Virus record (IMG/VR): IMGVR_UViG_2734482597_000010
Length of the DNA stretch: 64,000 bases
Origin: a virus
Lineage: Duplodnaviria > Heunggongvirae > Uroviricota > Caudoviricetes
Strand: one strand, 5' to 3'
Part shown: piece after piece, positions 19,628 to 30,070 of the stretch
Layout: the number at the start of each line of letters is the position of its first letter
Position numbering within the stretch: the first letter of the stretch is position 1
The notes under the pieces: model-generated
Seen by the model: the letters and a program-made list of their open reading frames with translations, nothing else
What the model was told of the DNA's origin: nothing
Databases searched by the model: none
Position numbers and translations under genes: made by a program

Positions 19628-20124
19628 TGTCGCCATCATTACGCAAGGCTGTTGCAGCTGCTATTGGTGGTGGGGCTGTTGCTATAGCATCTGTGTTAAT
19701 CACTGGCCCAGGTGGTAACGATGGTCTGGAAGGTGTCAGCTACATACCATACAAAGATATTGTTGGTGTATGGACTGTATGTCACGGGCATACAGGAAAA
19801 GACATCATGCTCGGTAAAACGTATACCAAAGCAGAATGCAAAACACTCTTGAATAAAGACCTTGCCACTGTCGCCAGACAAATTAACCCGTACATCAAAG
19901 TCGATATACCGGAAACAACGCGCGGCGCTCTTTACTCATTCGTTTACAACGTGGGTGCTGGCAATTTCAGAACATCGACGCTTCTTCGCAAAATAAACCA
20001 GGGCGATATCAAAGGCGCATGTGATCAGCTACGTCGCTGGACATATGCTGGCGGTAAGCAATGGAAAGGTCTCATGACTCGTCGTGAGATTGAGCGTGAA
20101 ATCTGTTTGTGGGGTCAGCAATGA
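19627..20124 (+). CDS. SAR endolysin (phage-21 R-type lysozyme)
   Basis: 165-aa ORF; N-terminal Gly/Ala-rich SAR segment ([20 protein letters not shown]); matches recalled R21 lysozyme. Confidence 0.9.
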   Translation: MSPSLRKAVAAAIGGGAVAIASVLITGPGGNDGLEGVSYIPYKDIVGVWTVCHGHTGKDIMLGKTYTKAECKTLLNKDLATVARQINPYIKVDIPETTRGALYSFVYNVGAGNFRTSTLLRKINQGDIKGACDQLRRWTYAGGKQWKGLMTRREIEREICLWGQQ

Positions 20125-20585
20125 ACAGAGTAACCGCGATTATCTCCGCTCTGGTTATCTGCATCATCGTCTGCCTGTCATGGGCTGTTAATCATTACCG
20201 TGATAACGCCATTACCTACAAAGCCCAGCGCGACAAAAATGCCAGAGAACTGAAGCTGGCGAACGCGGCAATTACTGACATGCAGATGCGTCAGCGTGAT
20301 GTTGCTGCGCTCGATGCAAAATACACGAAGGAGTTAGCTGATGCGAAAGCTGAAAATGATGCTCTGCGTGATGATGTTGCCGCTGGTCGTCGTCGGTTGC
20401 ACATCAAAGCAGTCTGTCAGTCAGTGCGTGAAGCCACCACCGCCTCCGGCGTGGATAATGCAGCCTCCCCCCGACTGGCAGACACCGCTGAACGGGATTA
20501 TTTCACCCTCCGGGAACGACTGGTAATGATGCAGGCCCAACTTGAAGGTGCTCAGCAATACATAACCGAGCAGTGTTTAAAGTAA
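20121..20585 (+). CDS. rz: i-spanin Rz
   Basis: ATG at 20121 ([17 protein letters not shown]) within the 158-aa ORF; N-terminal TM then coiled-coil. Confidence 0.8.
   Translation: MNRVTAIISALVICIIVCLSWAVNHYRDNAITYKAQRDKNARELKLANAAITDMQMRQRDVAALDAKYTKELADAKAENDALRDDVAAGRRRLHIKAVCQSVREATTASGVDNAASPRLADTAERDYFTLRERLVMMQAQLEGAQQYITEQCLK
20341..20526 (+). CDS. rz1: o-spanin Rz1 embedded in +1 frame of Rz
   Basis: 61-aa ORF; lipobox VVGC; proline-rich ([15 protein letters not shown]). Confidence 0.7.
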   Translation: MRKLKMMLCVMMLPLVVVGCTSKQSVSQCVKPPPPPAWIMQPPPDWQTPLNGIISPSGNDW

Positions 20586-20722
20586 AATCTTAACTACAAT
20601 ATGATTCATTTTGATGATTGTTTCATAAGGAACAGTGAAGTAAGATCTAAGAGGAGTTAAATTTTATACAGTATAATCATAATATTGCAGCAAGGTGGTT
20701 ATAATTGAAAGAATATTTAGAT

Positions 20723-22180
20723 ATGAATACATCTCATGTAAGAGTTGTTACTCATATGTGTGGGTTCCTGGTTTGGCTCTATAGTCTTTCAATGTTGCCA
20801 CCAATGGTTGTAGCATTGTTTTATAAAGAAAAAAGCCTGTTCGTTTTCTTTATAACTTTCGTTATATTTTTTTGCATTGGTGGCGGAGCGTGGTATACAA
20901 CTAAGAAATCTGGCATTCAATTACGTACCCGTGATGGGTTTATTATAATTGTAATGTTTTGGATTTTGTTTTCTGTTATTAGTGCATTCCCTTTATGGAT
21001 TGACTCAGAACTTAATTTAACGTTCATTGATGCTCTGTTTGAAGGGGTTTCTGGAATAACAACAACAGGAGCAACTGTAATTGATGATGTTAGTTCATTA
21101 CCTCGGGCATATTTGTACTATCGGTCACAGTTAAATTTTATAGGTGGTTTAGGAGTTATTGTTCTGGCGGTTGCAGTATTGCCATTATTGGGTATTGGTG
21201 GTGCAAAGCTTTATCAGTCAGAAATGCCGGGGCCATTTAAGGATGACAAACTCACTCCCCGCCTGGCCGATACGTCACGGACACTGTGGATAACTTATTC
21301 TTTATTAGGTATTGCTTGTATTGTCTGTTATAGACTTGCAGGAATGCCTTTGTTTGATGCTATTTGTCACGGGATTTCCACAGTTTCGCTTGGTGGTTTC
21401 TCAACTCATAGCGAGAGTATCGGATATTTTAATAACTATTTGGTTGAGCTGGTGGCTGGTTCTTTTTCCCTGCTATCGGCTTTCAACTTCACTCTTTGGT
21501 ATATTGTTATTAGCAGAAAAACGATAAAACCTTTAATCAGAGATATTGAACTTCGTTTCTTTCTGTTAATAGCCTTAGGGGTGATCATTGTTACCTCTTT
21601 CCAGGTCTGGCATATAGGTATGTATGACTTGCATGGAAGTTTTATTCATTCGTTTTTTCTTGCCAGCTCCATGCTCACTGATAATGGTTTAGCTACGCAG
21701 GATTATGCAAACTGGCCCACGCACACGATAGTGTTTTTGCTGTTGTCAAGTTTCTTTGGGGGATGTATAGGTTCAACCTGTGGTGGAATTAAGTCACTTC
21801 GATTTCTTATACTTTTCAAACAAAGCAAACACGAGATAAATCAGCTTTCTCATCCCAGAGCGTTGTTGAGTGTAAATGTAGGAGGGAAGATAGTTACAGA
21901 TCGTGTAATGAGGTCTGTATGGAGTTTCTTTTTTCTTTATACTCTCTTCACGGTGTTTTTTATACTGGTGTTAAATGGTATGGGATATGATTTTCTTACA
22001 TCATTTGCAACAGTGGCTGCATGTATTAATAATATGGGATTAGGTTTTGGGGCTACTGCATCGTCATTCGGAGTGCTTAATGACATTGCAAAATATTTAA
22101 TGTGCATAGCTATGATTCTTGGTCGCCTTGAAATTTATCCTGTTATTATATTGTTTTCAGGTTTTTTTTGGCGCTCCTAA
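20723..22180 (+). CDS. trkG: Trk-system K+ uptake protein TrkG
   Basis: 485 aa from MNTSHVRVVTHMCGF within the 491-aa ORF; polytopic membrane protein; AT-rich; matches recalled K-12 TrkG. Confidence 0.9.
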   Translation: MNTSHVRVVTHMCGFLVWLYSLSMLPPMVVALFYKEKSLFVFFITFVIFFCIGGGAWYTTKKSGIQLRTRDGFIIIVMFWILFSVISAFPLWIDSELNLTFIDALFEGVSGITTTGATVIDDVSSLPRAYLYYRSQLNFIGGLGVIVLAVAVLPLLGIGGAKLYQSEMPGPFKDDKLTPRLADTSRTLWITYSLLGIACIVCYRLAGMPLFDAICHGISTVSLGGFSTHSESIGYFNNYLVELVAGSFSLLSAFNFTLWYIVISRKTIKPLIRDIELRFFLLIALGVIIVTSFQVWHIGMYDLHGSFIHSFFLASSMLTDNGLATQDYANWPTHTIVFLLLSSFFGGCIGSTCGGIKSLRFLILFKQSKHEINQLSHPRALLSVNVGGKIVTDRVMRSVWSFFFLYTLFTVFFILVLNGMGYDFLTSFATVAACINNMGLGFGATASSFGVLNDIAKYLMCIAMILGRLEIYPVIILFSGFFWRS

Positions 22181-22317
22181 TATATGGCTGATTTATAATT
22201 GTGAGTTTAATATTATGTTGACTCACTCATTGATCCAATACCTAACTTTACCAGCAACACCTCCGCCCCCAGTAGCACTGGCTGCTGGGGTGCGTTTTAT
22301 TCATAAAGCAAGGCTGT

Positions 22318-23106
22318 ATGAGCGAGAAATTAAAGATAGTCTATCGCCCATTACAAGAATTGTCACCGTATGCGCACAACGCCAGGACGCACAGTACTGA
22401 GCAGGTGGCACAACTGGTAGAAAGTATTAAGCAATTCGGCTGGACTAATCCGGTGCTGATTGACGAAAAGGGCGAAATTATTGCGGGTCACGGTCGTGTT
22501 ATGGCGGCTGAAATGCTCAAAATGGATTCTGTTCCGGTCATTGTTCTGTCTGGCCTGACGGATGAGCAGAAAAAGGCGTACCGCCTGGCAGATAATCGCC
22601 TGCCGATGAATGCTGGCTGGGATGAAGATCTGTTGCGGATGGAGCTGTCGGACCTAATCAATGCTGATTTTGATGTCTCCCTGACAGGCTTCATCCCGGC
22701 AGAAATTGATGAACTGTTGACGGATGTTTTGCCCGGTACAGGAAATGAGGAGGAGCCGTATACGACGAAAATTGATACGCCTGTTTATGAGCCGTCAGGC
22801 GGTAAACCGGATATCAGTGAACTGTACGACGATACGAAAACTCAGGAGCTGATCAGCCGGATACGTTCGGCGTCCCTTGATCCTGATATTGAGAAATTCC
22901 TCCTGTGTGCAGCAGAACGTCACACGGTGTTTAATTTCAGCAGAATTGCGGACTATTACGCTCATGCCCCCGCTGAAATTCAGTGCCTTTTCGAGGAGTC
23001 GGCGCTGGTGATCATTGATTATCAGCAGGCTATTGAAAATGGATTTGTCCGAATGACGCAGCGCATGGTGGAGATCATGCATGGCGGGGAGGAGGAATAT
23101 GCGTGA
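22318..23106 (+). CDS. ParB-like nuclease-domain protein (YnaK-like)
   Basis: 262-aa ORF; ParB N-terminal-type segment (VLIDEKGEIIAGHGRVMAAEML). Confidence 0.65.
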   Translation: MSEKLKIVYRPLQELSPYAHNARTHSTEQVAQLVESIKQFGWTNPVLIDEKGEIIAGHGRVMAAEMLKMDSVPVIVLSGLTDEQKKAYRLADNRLPMNAGWDEDLLRMELSDLINADFDVSLTGFIPAEIDELLTDVLPGTGNEEEPYTTKIDTPVYEPSGGKPDISELYDDTKTQELISRIRSASLDPDIEKFLLCAAERHTVFNFSRIADYYAHAPAEIQCLFEESALVIIDYQQAIENGFVRMTQRMVEIMHGGEEEYA

Positions 23107-24031
23107 TGATTTTTGCGCCTTTATTCTGACTCACGGGCGACCGGACAAAGTTCTGACTTACCGGACGTTGCGTCGTGCTGGCTATACCGGGAAAATTTTT
23201 ATCGTTGTTGATGATGAAGATAAGACACGGCATCAGTACATGGCTGAATTTGGTGAACAGGTGCTGGTATTTTCCAAAGCCGATATTGCTAGTCGTTTTG
23301 ACGAAGCCGATAATTTTAGTGACCGCCGCTCAATTTTTTACGCCCGTAATGCCTGTTTCGACCAGGCAAAACTGGTCGGGTGTAAATACTTCATTCAGCT
23401 CGATGATGATTATCACGAGTTCCAGTTTCGGGTGGATCGCAACTATGACCAGGCCTATTTCCCGATAAGGAAACTGGATGAGATCCTTTCTGAAATGCTT
23501 GCGTACTACGAATCAATACCTGCTCTTTCCATCGCTATGTCGCAGGGCGGGGATTTTCTTGGTGACAATGGCGGCCATGCTTCGTGGGTGAAACGCAAGG
23601 CAATGAACAGCTTTATCTGTTCGGTTGATCGACCGTTCTCATTCATGGGGCGCATTAACGAGGATGTGAATACGTACACGAATCTCGGTCGCTGTGGTGA
23701 ATTGTTTATGACGATCGGTGCTGTCCAGTTAGGGCAGAAACAGACGCAGAAAAACAGCGGCGGAATGACCGAGCTGTATCTGGATTCCGGAACCTACGTT
23801 AAAAGTTTTTACTCCGTCATGTATGCGCCGTCGTGCGTAAAAATCTCACTTATGGGTGCCAGTCATAAACGCATTCACCATCAGGTCACCTGGAACAACG
23901 CTGCAGTAAAAATCCTTCACGAAAAATACAGGAAGAAGACACCCTGCATATCAATGGGGGTGACAAATGATTCCGTATTCGAAAGTCGAGTCTCTGGCAG
24001 CGTGCCGGATGACTGCACAACAAATCGCTGA
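23099..24031 (+). CDS. hypothetical protein with GT-A-like glycosyltransferase signature
   Basis: ATG at 23099 after GGAGG (within the 316-aa ORF); FILTHGRPDKVL...IFIVVDDEDK and IQLDDDY (DxD-like). Confidence 0.45.
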   Translation: MRDDFCAFILTHGRPDKVLTYRTLRRAGYTGKIFIVVDDEDKTRHQYMAEFGEQVLVFSKADIASRFDEADNFSDRRSIFYARNACFDQAKLVGCKYFIQLDDDYHEFQFRVDRNYDQAYFPIRKLDEILSEMLAYYESIPALSIAMSQGGDFLGDNGGHASWVKRKAMNSFICSVDRPFSFMGRINEDVNTYTNLGRCGELFMTIGAVQLGQKQTQKNSGGMTELYLDSGTYVKSFYSVMYAPSCVKISLMGASHKRIHHQVTWNNAAVKILHEKYRKKTPCISMGVTNDSVFESRVSGSVPDDCTTNR

Positions 24032-24218
24032 CGTTCTGGATGTTGATCTGAACCGACTGAAAGAAAATCGGGAAGCAATGACAGATTTTTATGCGGCCAT
24101 CCGTAAGGGCAGAGCGAAAGGTGAAGCCGAGTTACGAGCGGCATTGTTTAAGCTTGCCAGAAAAGGGGATGCCTTTGCTCTGCGCGAACTACTCAGGGTG
24201 GATAAAAATCAGGACTAA
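24009..24218 (+). CDS. small putative DNA-binding protein
   Basis: internal ATG (MTAQQIADVL) of the 83-aa ORF; HTH-like. Confidence 0.35.
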   Translation: MTAQQIADVLDVDLNRLKENREAMTDFYAAIRKGRAKGEAELRAALFKLARKGDAFALRELLRVDKNQD

Positions 24219-24221
24219 CTG

Positions 24222-25316
24222 ATGAGCAGACCGGACTGGGGGGCGTTGCAGCAGGAGTATATTGCTGAATACACCCGCTCCGGTATATCTCCGGTGGCAT
24301 GGTGTGAAGCAAGGGGACTGAATTACGCAACAGCCCGTCGTTACATCAAAAAAACTCCGAAAAATGCGCAGACAGAAATGTGCAAAACTGCGCAAAAAAG
24401 TGCGCAGAAAAAATCTGCGCAGACTGCACAAAAGCGGAACGAAAAATCTCAGGAAAAAAAGCCAGTATTCGATGCGGGCCTGAATGAGGGCGACGCGGAG
24501 GAATTTTCGTTCTGTCCCGATGAATTCGGCATTTCTGACCAGCAGGCTAAGTTTGCGATGCTTGTTGCTCAGGGTAAAAAGCCGACAGAGGCGTACCGAC
24601 TAGCCGGTTATGAGGGGCAAGGTGCGACAGCTAACAGCAACGCCAGTCGTATGCTTAGAAATGCCAGGGTTTTTCGCGCTATCAGCTACTTCCGCAATCA
24701 GTACCAGAAACGCTATACCGCAGACCTGGATTTACTAGTGAGTCAGTTGATGGCTATTGTCCTGGCCGACCCCAATCAGCTTGCACAATTTCGCCGTGTT
24801 AACTGCCGTTATTGCTGGGGCGAGAATCATCTCTACCAGTGGCGCGATATAGCAGAATTCGACAAGGCAGCGGCGCAGGCTTCCAGAGATGGCAAACCCG
24901 AACCGGAATATGGAGGCCTCGGCTTTGTTGATAACGCCATACCCAATCCGGACTGCCCGAAGTGCTGCGGTGAGGGAACGGGACAGCTTTATATGGCTGA
25001 TACCACTCTGCTTGATGGGGATGCGCGGCAATTATATGCAGGGGCAAAATTCGGAAAATTCGGCGTTGAGATCCTGCTGGAGGATAAGGCTGCCGCCCGG
25101 CGTGAATTGTTGCGTTTGTTTTCTGCTGGCGGGGCTTTATGTGCAGATAAGCGGCTACGGGAACTGGAAATTGAACGGCGCAGAATGGAAAACCAGAAGC
25201 TGCGCAAAGAGATCGAAACGGTGGAAGATAATGAACATCCCCAGCCTGTGGCGATCAATATTAATGTGGTTGATGCCAGAGTAAGGAGTGATGAAGATGA
25301 TCTCTCCGACGCTTAA
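24222..25316 (+). CDS. putative terminase small subunit
   Basis: 364-aa ORF immediately upstream of and overlapping the large terminase gene; N-terminal HTH-like region. Confidence 0.55.
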   Translation: MSRPDWGALQQEYIAEYTRSGISPVAWCEARGLNYATARRYIKKTPKNAQTEMCKTAQKSAQKKSAQTAQKRNEKSQEKKPVFDAGLNEGDAEEFSFCPDEFGISDQQAKFAMLVAQGKKPTEAYRLAGYEGQGATANSNASRMLRNARVFRAISYFRNQYQKRYTADLDLLVSQLMAIVLADPNQLAQFRRVNCRYCWGENHLYQWRDIAEFDKAAAQASRDGKPEPEYGGLGFVDNAIPNPDCPKCCGEGTGQLYMADTTLLDGDARQLYAGAKFGKFGVEILLEDKAAARRELLRLFSAGGALCADKRLRELEIERRRMENQKLRKEIETVEDNEHPQPVAININVVDARVRSDEDDLSDA

Positions 25317-26598
25317 TGTGCCTCAGGCGCGATTTCTTTCAATGCCCCATAAATTTAAAGCCTATATTGCTGGTTTTGGCTCGGGCAAAACATGGGTTGG
25401 GTGTGGCGGCATATGCAAGGGGATTTGGGAGCATCCAGGTATAAATCAGGGATATTTTGCGCCAACGTATCCCCAAATTCGCGATATTTTTTACCCTACA
25501 GTGGAAGAAGTTGCTGCTGACTGGGGATTGAACGTAAAAATTAATGAGGGAAATAAAGAGGTTCACTTTTATTACGGACGCCAGTATCGGGGAACCACTA
25601 TCTGCAGATCGATGGAGAAGCCACAAACGATCGTCGGTTTCAAAATTGGTAATGCGTTGGTGGATGAACTGGACATTTTGCCGAAGGAAAAAGCCAGAAC
25701 GGCGTGGCGCAAGATAATTGCACGTATGCGTTATAAGATTGATGGACTTCGCAACGGTATTGACGTTACAACCACGCCGGAAGGATTCAAATTTGTCTAC
25801 GAGCAGTTTGTTAAAGCCGTGCGTGAAAAAACAGAGCTGGCCTCACTGTATGGTCTGGTGCAGGCATCTACTTTCGATAATGAAAAGAACCTGCCAGCAG
25901 ATTACATTCCTTCGCTTCTTGAATCATACCCTCCAGAGCTGATTAAAGCCTATCTTCGAGGACAGTTTACTAACCTGACAAGTGGTACTGTTTACCATCA
26001 GTTTGACCGGAAACTGAATAATTGCGAAGAAGTGGAGCAGCCAGGGGAGCCGATTTATATTGGGATGGATTTTAACGTTGGAAAGATGGCGGGAATCGTC
26101 CATGTGCTGCGTTTGGGGCTTCCATGTGCGGTAACTGAAATCATCAATGCCTACGATACGCCGGATATGATCCGCATCATTAAAGAACGCTTCTGGCTGT
26201 ATGATGGGAATGATTACCGGAAAGTGAGGGAAATTTATATTTATCCAGATGCTTCCGGGGATTCCAGAAAATCAAGTAACGCAAGTACGACGGATATAGC
26301 CCAGCTTAAGCAGGCTGGTTTTAACGTTGTGGTGAACAGCTCGAACCCGCCAGTAAAAGATCGCGTTAACTCAATGAATGCAATGTTCTGCAATGCCAAT
26401 GGTGAGCGTCGCTATAAAGTTAATGTGAAGCGTTGCCCGTTATATGCCGAATCTCTGGAGCAACAGGTCTGGGATGAGAAGGGGGAGCCTGATAAAAAAT
26501 CTGGCAATGATCACCCGAATGATGCCGGAGGTTATTTCATCGTTAAGCAATTCCCTATTGTCAAACCGACCGGAAGAGTCACATCACTTCGGATTTAA
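25288..26598 (+). CDS. terminase large subunit
   Basis: 436-aa ORF; Walker A-like GFGSGKT; position before portal. Confidence 0.8.
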   Translation: MMKMISPTLNVPQARFLSMPHKFKAYIAGFGSGKTWVGCGGICKGIWEHPGINQGYFAPTYPQIRDIFYPTVEEVAADWGLNVKINEGNKEVHFYYGRQYRGTTICRSMEKPQTIVGFKIGNALVDELDILPKEKARTAWRKIIARMRYKIDGLRNGIDVTTTPEGFKFVYEQFVKAVREKTELASLYGLVQASTFDNEKNLPADYIPSLLESYPPELIKAYLRGQFTNLTSGTVYHQFDRKLNNCEEVEQPGEPIYIGMDFNVGKMAGIVHVLRLGLPCAVTEIINAYDTPDMIRIIKERFWLYDGNDYRKVREIYIYPDASGDSRKSSNASTTDIAQLKQAGFNVVVNSSNPPVKDRVNSMNAMFCNANGERRYKVNVKRCPLYAESLEQQVWDEKGEPDKKSGNDHPNDAGGYFIVKQFPIVKPTGRVTSLRI

Positions 26599-26600
26599 TT

Positions 26601-28007
26601 ATGGCTGATATATCAACACCCAACCTCGACTATAACGATATGCTGGAGGCGTGGGATATTAACGACGCACTGATGGGCGGTACGCTTGAAATGCGCAGGC
26701 AGGGGGAAAATTATCTCCCAAAATGGCCTAACGAAGATGAAGACGCTTATAAAAAACGCCTGTCTGTGGCTACGCTACTTCCTGTGTATGAAGAAAGCAT
26801 CAAGCAAAATATTGGGCGCATATTTGCAGAGCCGACAGTATTGAGTGAGGAAACGCCGGCAAAAATCAGGGAATATGCAGAAAATATCGACATGGAGGGG
26901 AGCCGACTGGATGTGTGGGCGCAGCAATTTTTCAGCCTCGCATTTCAGTATGGTGTGGCACATGCGCTGGTGGACTATCCACGAACGGATATGAAAGAGA
27001 TTCGGACAAAAGCCGATGAAAACGCGACCGGTGGTCGTCCGTACGTTACGATGCTGAATCCACGCCAGGTTATTGGATGGAAATCGAAAGTTGAAAAAGG
27101 GAAAGTTGTTCTCACTGATTTGCGTATAAAAGAGGTCATCATTATTGATGGTGATGATTTCGGGCAGAAGAAGGTGGAGCAGATCCGCCATATTATGCCC
27201 CGTCGAGTTGAAATTTATCGACGTAGCGAAGGCACTAATGGCGAATCTGTCTGGACGCTTCATGAGTCATGGAATACCAGCCGTGATGATATTCCTCTGG
27301 TAACACTGTACACGAAGAAAACAGGATTTATGCGTGGTACACCGCCATTGCTTAATCTTGGCTTGCTGAATATCAAGCACTGGCAAAGCCAGAGCGAGCA
27401 GGACAATATTCTTCATGTTGCCCGCGTTCCATTGCTGGTGGCCTACGGGCTGGACAGGAATGAAGAACTGACGGTTGGTGCATCCACCGCTACGATTTTT
27501 GAGGACAGAACAAAAAATGGCCTCGAATATGTTGAACATAGTGGCGCAGCGATAGAATCTGGCGAAACATCACTTGAGAAGCTGGAAAATCAGATGCGTC
27601 ATGCCGGCGCTAAACTTCTGCGTGCTGAAAATACATCCACCAAATCTGTTGATCAGACTAATGAAGAGCGAATGCAGGAAAACTCGCCGCTTTATACAAT
27701 GGCGAACTCCCTCGAAGATGCCCTCGATAATATTCTCCAGATAATGGCGGAATGGATCGGAGAGAGTTGCGGTGGCAATGTGGATGTGCGCACTGAACTG
27801 GATGTATCTGCCCAGGTGTTTGACTCATCCTCCGCGCTGGCTGTTCAGTCATTGCGTCAGGGCGGTGATATACGTCAGATTGATGCGGTTCGGGTGTTGC
27901 AGGCGTTGAAATTTATCGATCAGGATTCCCGTCCAGAGGAAGTGATCGATGAATTAAAAAATCAGAGTGTAATGCTGATGGAAATCAATGATGCAAACCG
28001 TGAATGA
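26601..28007 (+). CDS. portal protein
   Basis: 468-aa ORF directly after terminase large subunit. Confidence 0.75.
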   Translation: MADISTPNLDYNDMLEAWDINDALMGGTLEMRRQGENYLPKWPNEDEDAYKKRLSVATLLPVYEESIKQNIGRIFAEPTVLSEETPAKIREYAENIDMEGSRLDVWAQQFFSLAFQYGVAHALVDYPRTDMKEIRTKADENATGGRPYVTMLNPRQVIGWKSKVEKGKVVLTDLRIKEVIIIDGDDFGQKKVEQIRHIMPRRVEIYRRSEGTNGESVWTLHESWNTSRDDIPLVTLYTKKTGFMRGTPPLLNLGLLNIKHWQSQSEQDNILHVARVPLLVAYGLDRNEELTVGASTATIFEDRTKNGLEYVEHSGAAIESGETSLEKLENQMRHAGAKLLRAENTSTKSVDQTNEERMQENSPLYTMANSLEDALDNILQIMAEWIGESCGGNVDVRTELDVSAQVFDSSSALAVQSLRQGGDIRQIDAVRVLQALKFIDQDSRPEEVIDELKNQSVMLMEINDANRE

Positions 28008-29103
28008 ACGGCTGCGTGATGAATCAATTGCTCATGCAGTCTGGATATCCCGCTATAGCACTGGCGTGGCTGCCAGAATGGTGAAAATACTGAATGACAG
28101 CGATGCGGAACTTACTGCTCGCCTGCTGATAGCACTGGACAGCCTCGATCCAGGTAGTTTTACCGTTAAGCGCCTGGAGTCACTTCTGGCGAGCGTCAGA
28201 GAGGTTAACCGCACTGCTATTAACAGCATGTTTACCAGTCTCTCCGGAGAGCTGAACGAGCTGGCAATTTATGAGGCTGGTTATCAGTTAAGTCTGTTTG
28301 ATTCTATGCTACCTGATTTTGTTGCTGATGTTCACCCTCTGGTTGGTATCTCTCCTGATGCACTTTATGCCGCTGCAATGGCGCGACCATTCCAGGGACG
28401 ACTGCTCAGTGAGTGGGCCTCAGATCTTGAGGCGGATCGGCTCAGACGCATAACAAATACAGTGCGTCAGGGTTTTTTGCTGGGGGATACCAATGAGCAG
28501 ATCGCAAGAAAAATTCGGGGACATGTCAGTAAGGGATTTCAGGATGGTGCATTGCAGATGAGCCGGGCTAATGCGGCCAGCATTGCAAAAACAGCGGTTG
28601 GACATCTTGCTGCTACTGCCCGTGAGAGTTTTGCCAGCGCGAATAATGATTTGATTAAGGGTAAGCAATGGTTATCAACGCTTGATAATCGTACTACGCC
28701 ACAATGTCGAATCAGGGATCGCCTCAAATATACGCTGAATAATAAACCTGTAGGTCACAGCGTGCCTTATTTGCAGGGGCCGGGAAAAATTCATTTCTGC
28801 TGCCGCTCAACGGAAACGTTCATTCTGAAATCAGCGAAGGAACTGGGTATTGATGTTCGCGATATTTCCCCGGCTGAGCGGGCCAGCATGGATGGCGTGG
28901 TGGCCGGAGATACAACCTACAGGGAATGGTTTTTGCGTCAGCCTTACACCAGACAAAAACAGATTGTGGGGGAAAGCCGAGCAAAGCTGATTCGGGATGG
29001 TGGTATGTCGCCAGATGAATTTTACACCGATAAAGGCGAATGGCTGACGCTGAAGCAGCTCCGTGAGCGTGATGCACAGGTATTCAGAAAAGCAGGGATT
29101 TAA
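27988..29103 (+). CDS. head morphogenesis protein (Mu F / SPP1 gp7-like)
   Basis: 371-aa ORF; conserved LDNRTTPQC segment typical of this family. Confidence 0.7.
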   Translation: MMQTVNERLRDESIAHAVWISRYSTGVAARMVKILNDSDAELTARLLIALDSLDPGSFTVKRLESLLASVREVNRTAINSMFTSLSGELNELAIYEAGYQLSLFDSMLPDFVADVHPLVGISPDALYAAAMARPFQGRLLSEWASDLEADRLRRITNTVRQGFLLGDTNEQIARKIRGHVSKGFQDGALQMSRANAASIAKTAVGHLAATARESFASANNDLIKGKQWLSTLDNRTTPQCRIRDRLKYTLNNKPVGHSVPYLQGPGKIHFCCRSTETFILKSAKELGIDVRDISPAERASMDGVVAGDTTYREWFLRQPYTRQKQIVGESRAKLIRDGGMSPDEFYTDKGEWLTLKQLRERDAQVFRKAGI

Positions 29104-29122
29104 ATAAATCATTTATTACAAC

Positions 29123-29147
29123 AGGCTACCTTCGGGTGGCCTTTTTT
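29123..29147 (+). terminator. intrinsic terminator (UUCG tetraloop hairpin + T run)
   Basis: AGGCTACC-TTCG-GGTGGCCT followed by TTTTTTATT. Confidence 0.6.
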
Positions 29148-29207
29148 ATTGCTGCGATCCGGATGGTGAGCAGCGTAACTGTCGGAAGACTTAAACCAGG
29201 TACTAAT

Positions 29208-29972
29208 ATGAAACTGAAAACGGTCGAGATTAACGGAAAACAATACGCAGAAATTGATACTGCTGGCCTGCCAGTTTATGTGCACGACGATGGTAAAGAA
29301 ATTGGCTTCGATGCACCGCTGGCGACAAAAAAAATTACAGAGCTTAATGGCGAGGCAAAAAATCATCGCCTGGCTAAAGAAGCTGCAGAGGAAAAACTGG
29401 CTAAGTTTGCCGCTATCGAAGACCCGAAGAAGGCGATCGAGGCACTGGAAATGCTGTCAAAAATCGACCAGAAAAAGCTGCTCGATGCGGGACAGGTTGA
29501 CCAGGTTAAGGCAGAAATTACGAAAAATTTTCAGCAGCAATTAGATGAAGAAAAGCAACGCTCTCAGATGCTGGAGAAGCAGCTTTACGATTCTATGATT
29601 GGCGGTAGTTTTGCGGGTTCAAAATATATTGCCGATAAAATTGCGATCCCGGCAGATTTATTACAAGCCCGCTTCGGGCAGGCATTCAAAGTGGAAGAAG
29701 GGAGGATCGTTGCTTATGACGCTTCCGGCAACAAAATTTATTCCCGCGCGAAGCCTGGCGAACTGGCGCAGTTTGATGAGGCGCTGGAGTTCCTTGTCGA
29801 AAATTACCCTCAGAAAGACTACATCCTGAAAGCCAGTGGCAACAATGGCGGCGGCTCCCGTCCGACACAGCATGATATTGGTCAGAAAACGATGAAACGC
29901 TCTGCTTTTGATGCACTGGATGTTGCAGGTAAGCAAAACGCATTGAAAGACGGTATCACAATCGTTGATTAA
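29208..29972 (+). CDS. putative scaffolding protein
   Basis: ATG at 29208 (MKLKTVEINGKQ) within the 278-aa ORF; coiled-coil-rich, upstream of capsid gene. Confidence 0.55.
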   Translation: MKLKTVEINGKQYAEIDTAGLPVYVHDDGKEIGFDAPLATKKITELNGEAKNHRLAKEAAEEKLAKFAAIEDPKKAIEALEMLSKIDQKKLLDAGQVDQVKAEITKNFQQQLDEEKQRSQMLEKQLYDSMIGGSFAGSKYIADKIAIPADLLQARFGQAFKVEEGRIVAYDASGNKIYSRAKPGELAQFDEALEFLVENYPQKDYILKASGNNGGGSRPTQHDIGQKTMKRSAFDALDVAGKQNALKDGITIVD

Positions 29973-30070
29973 CACATTTGTCAGCTTCCGGATGGGAGCT
30001 GGTGTCAGGGCTGGATAGCTCATTACTCCATCTATTCACAATTACGCAAATTTTTAAGGAATATTTAATT

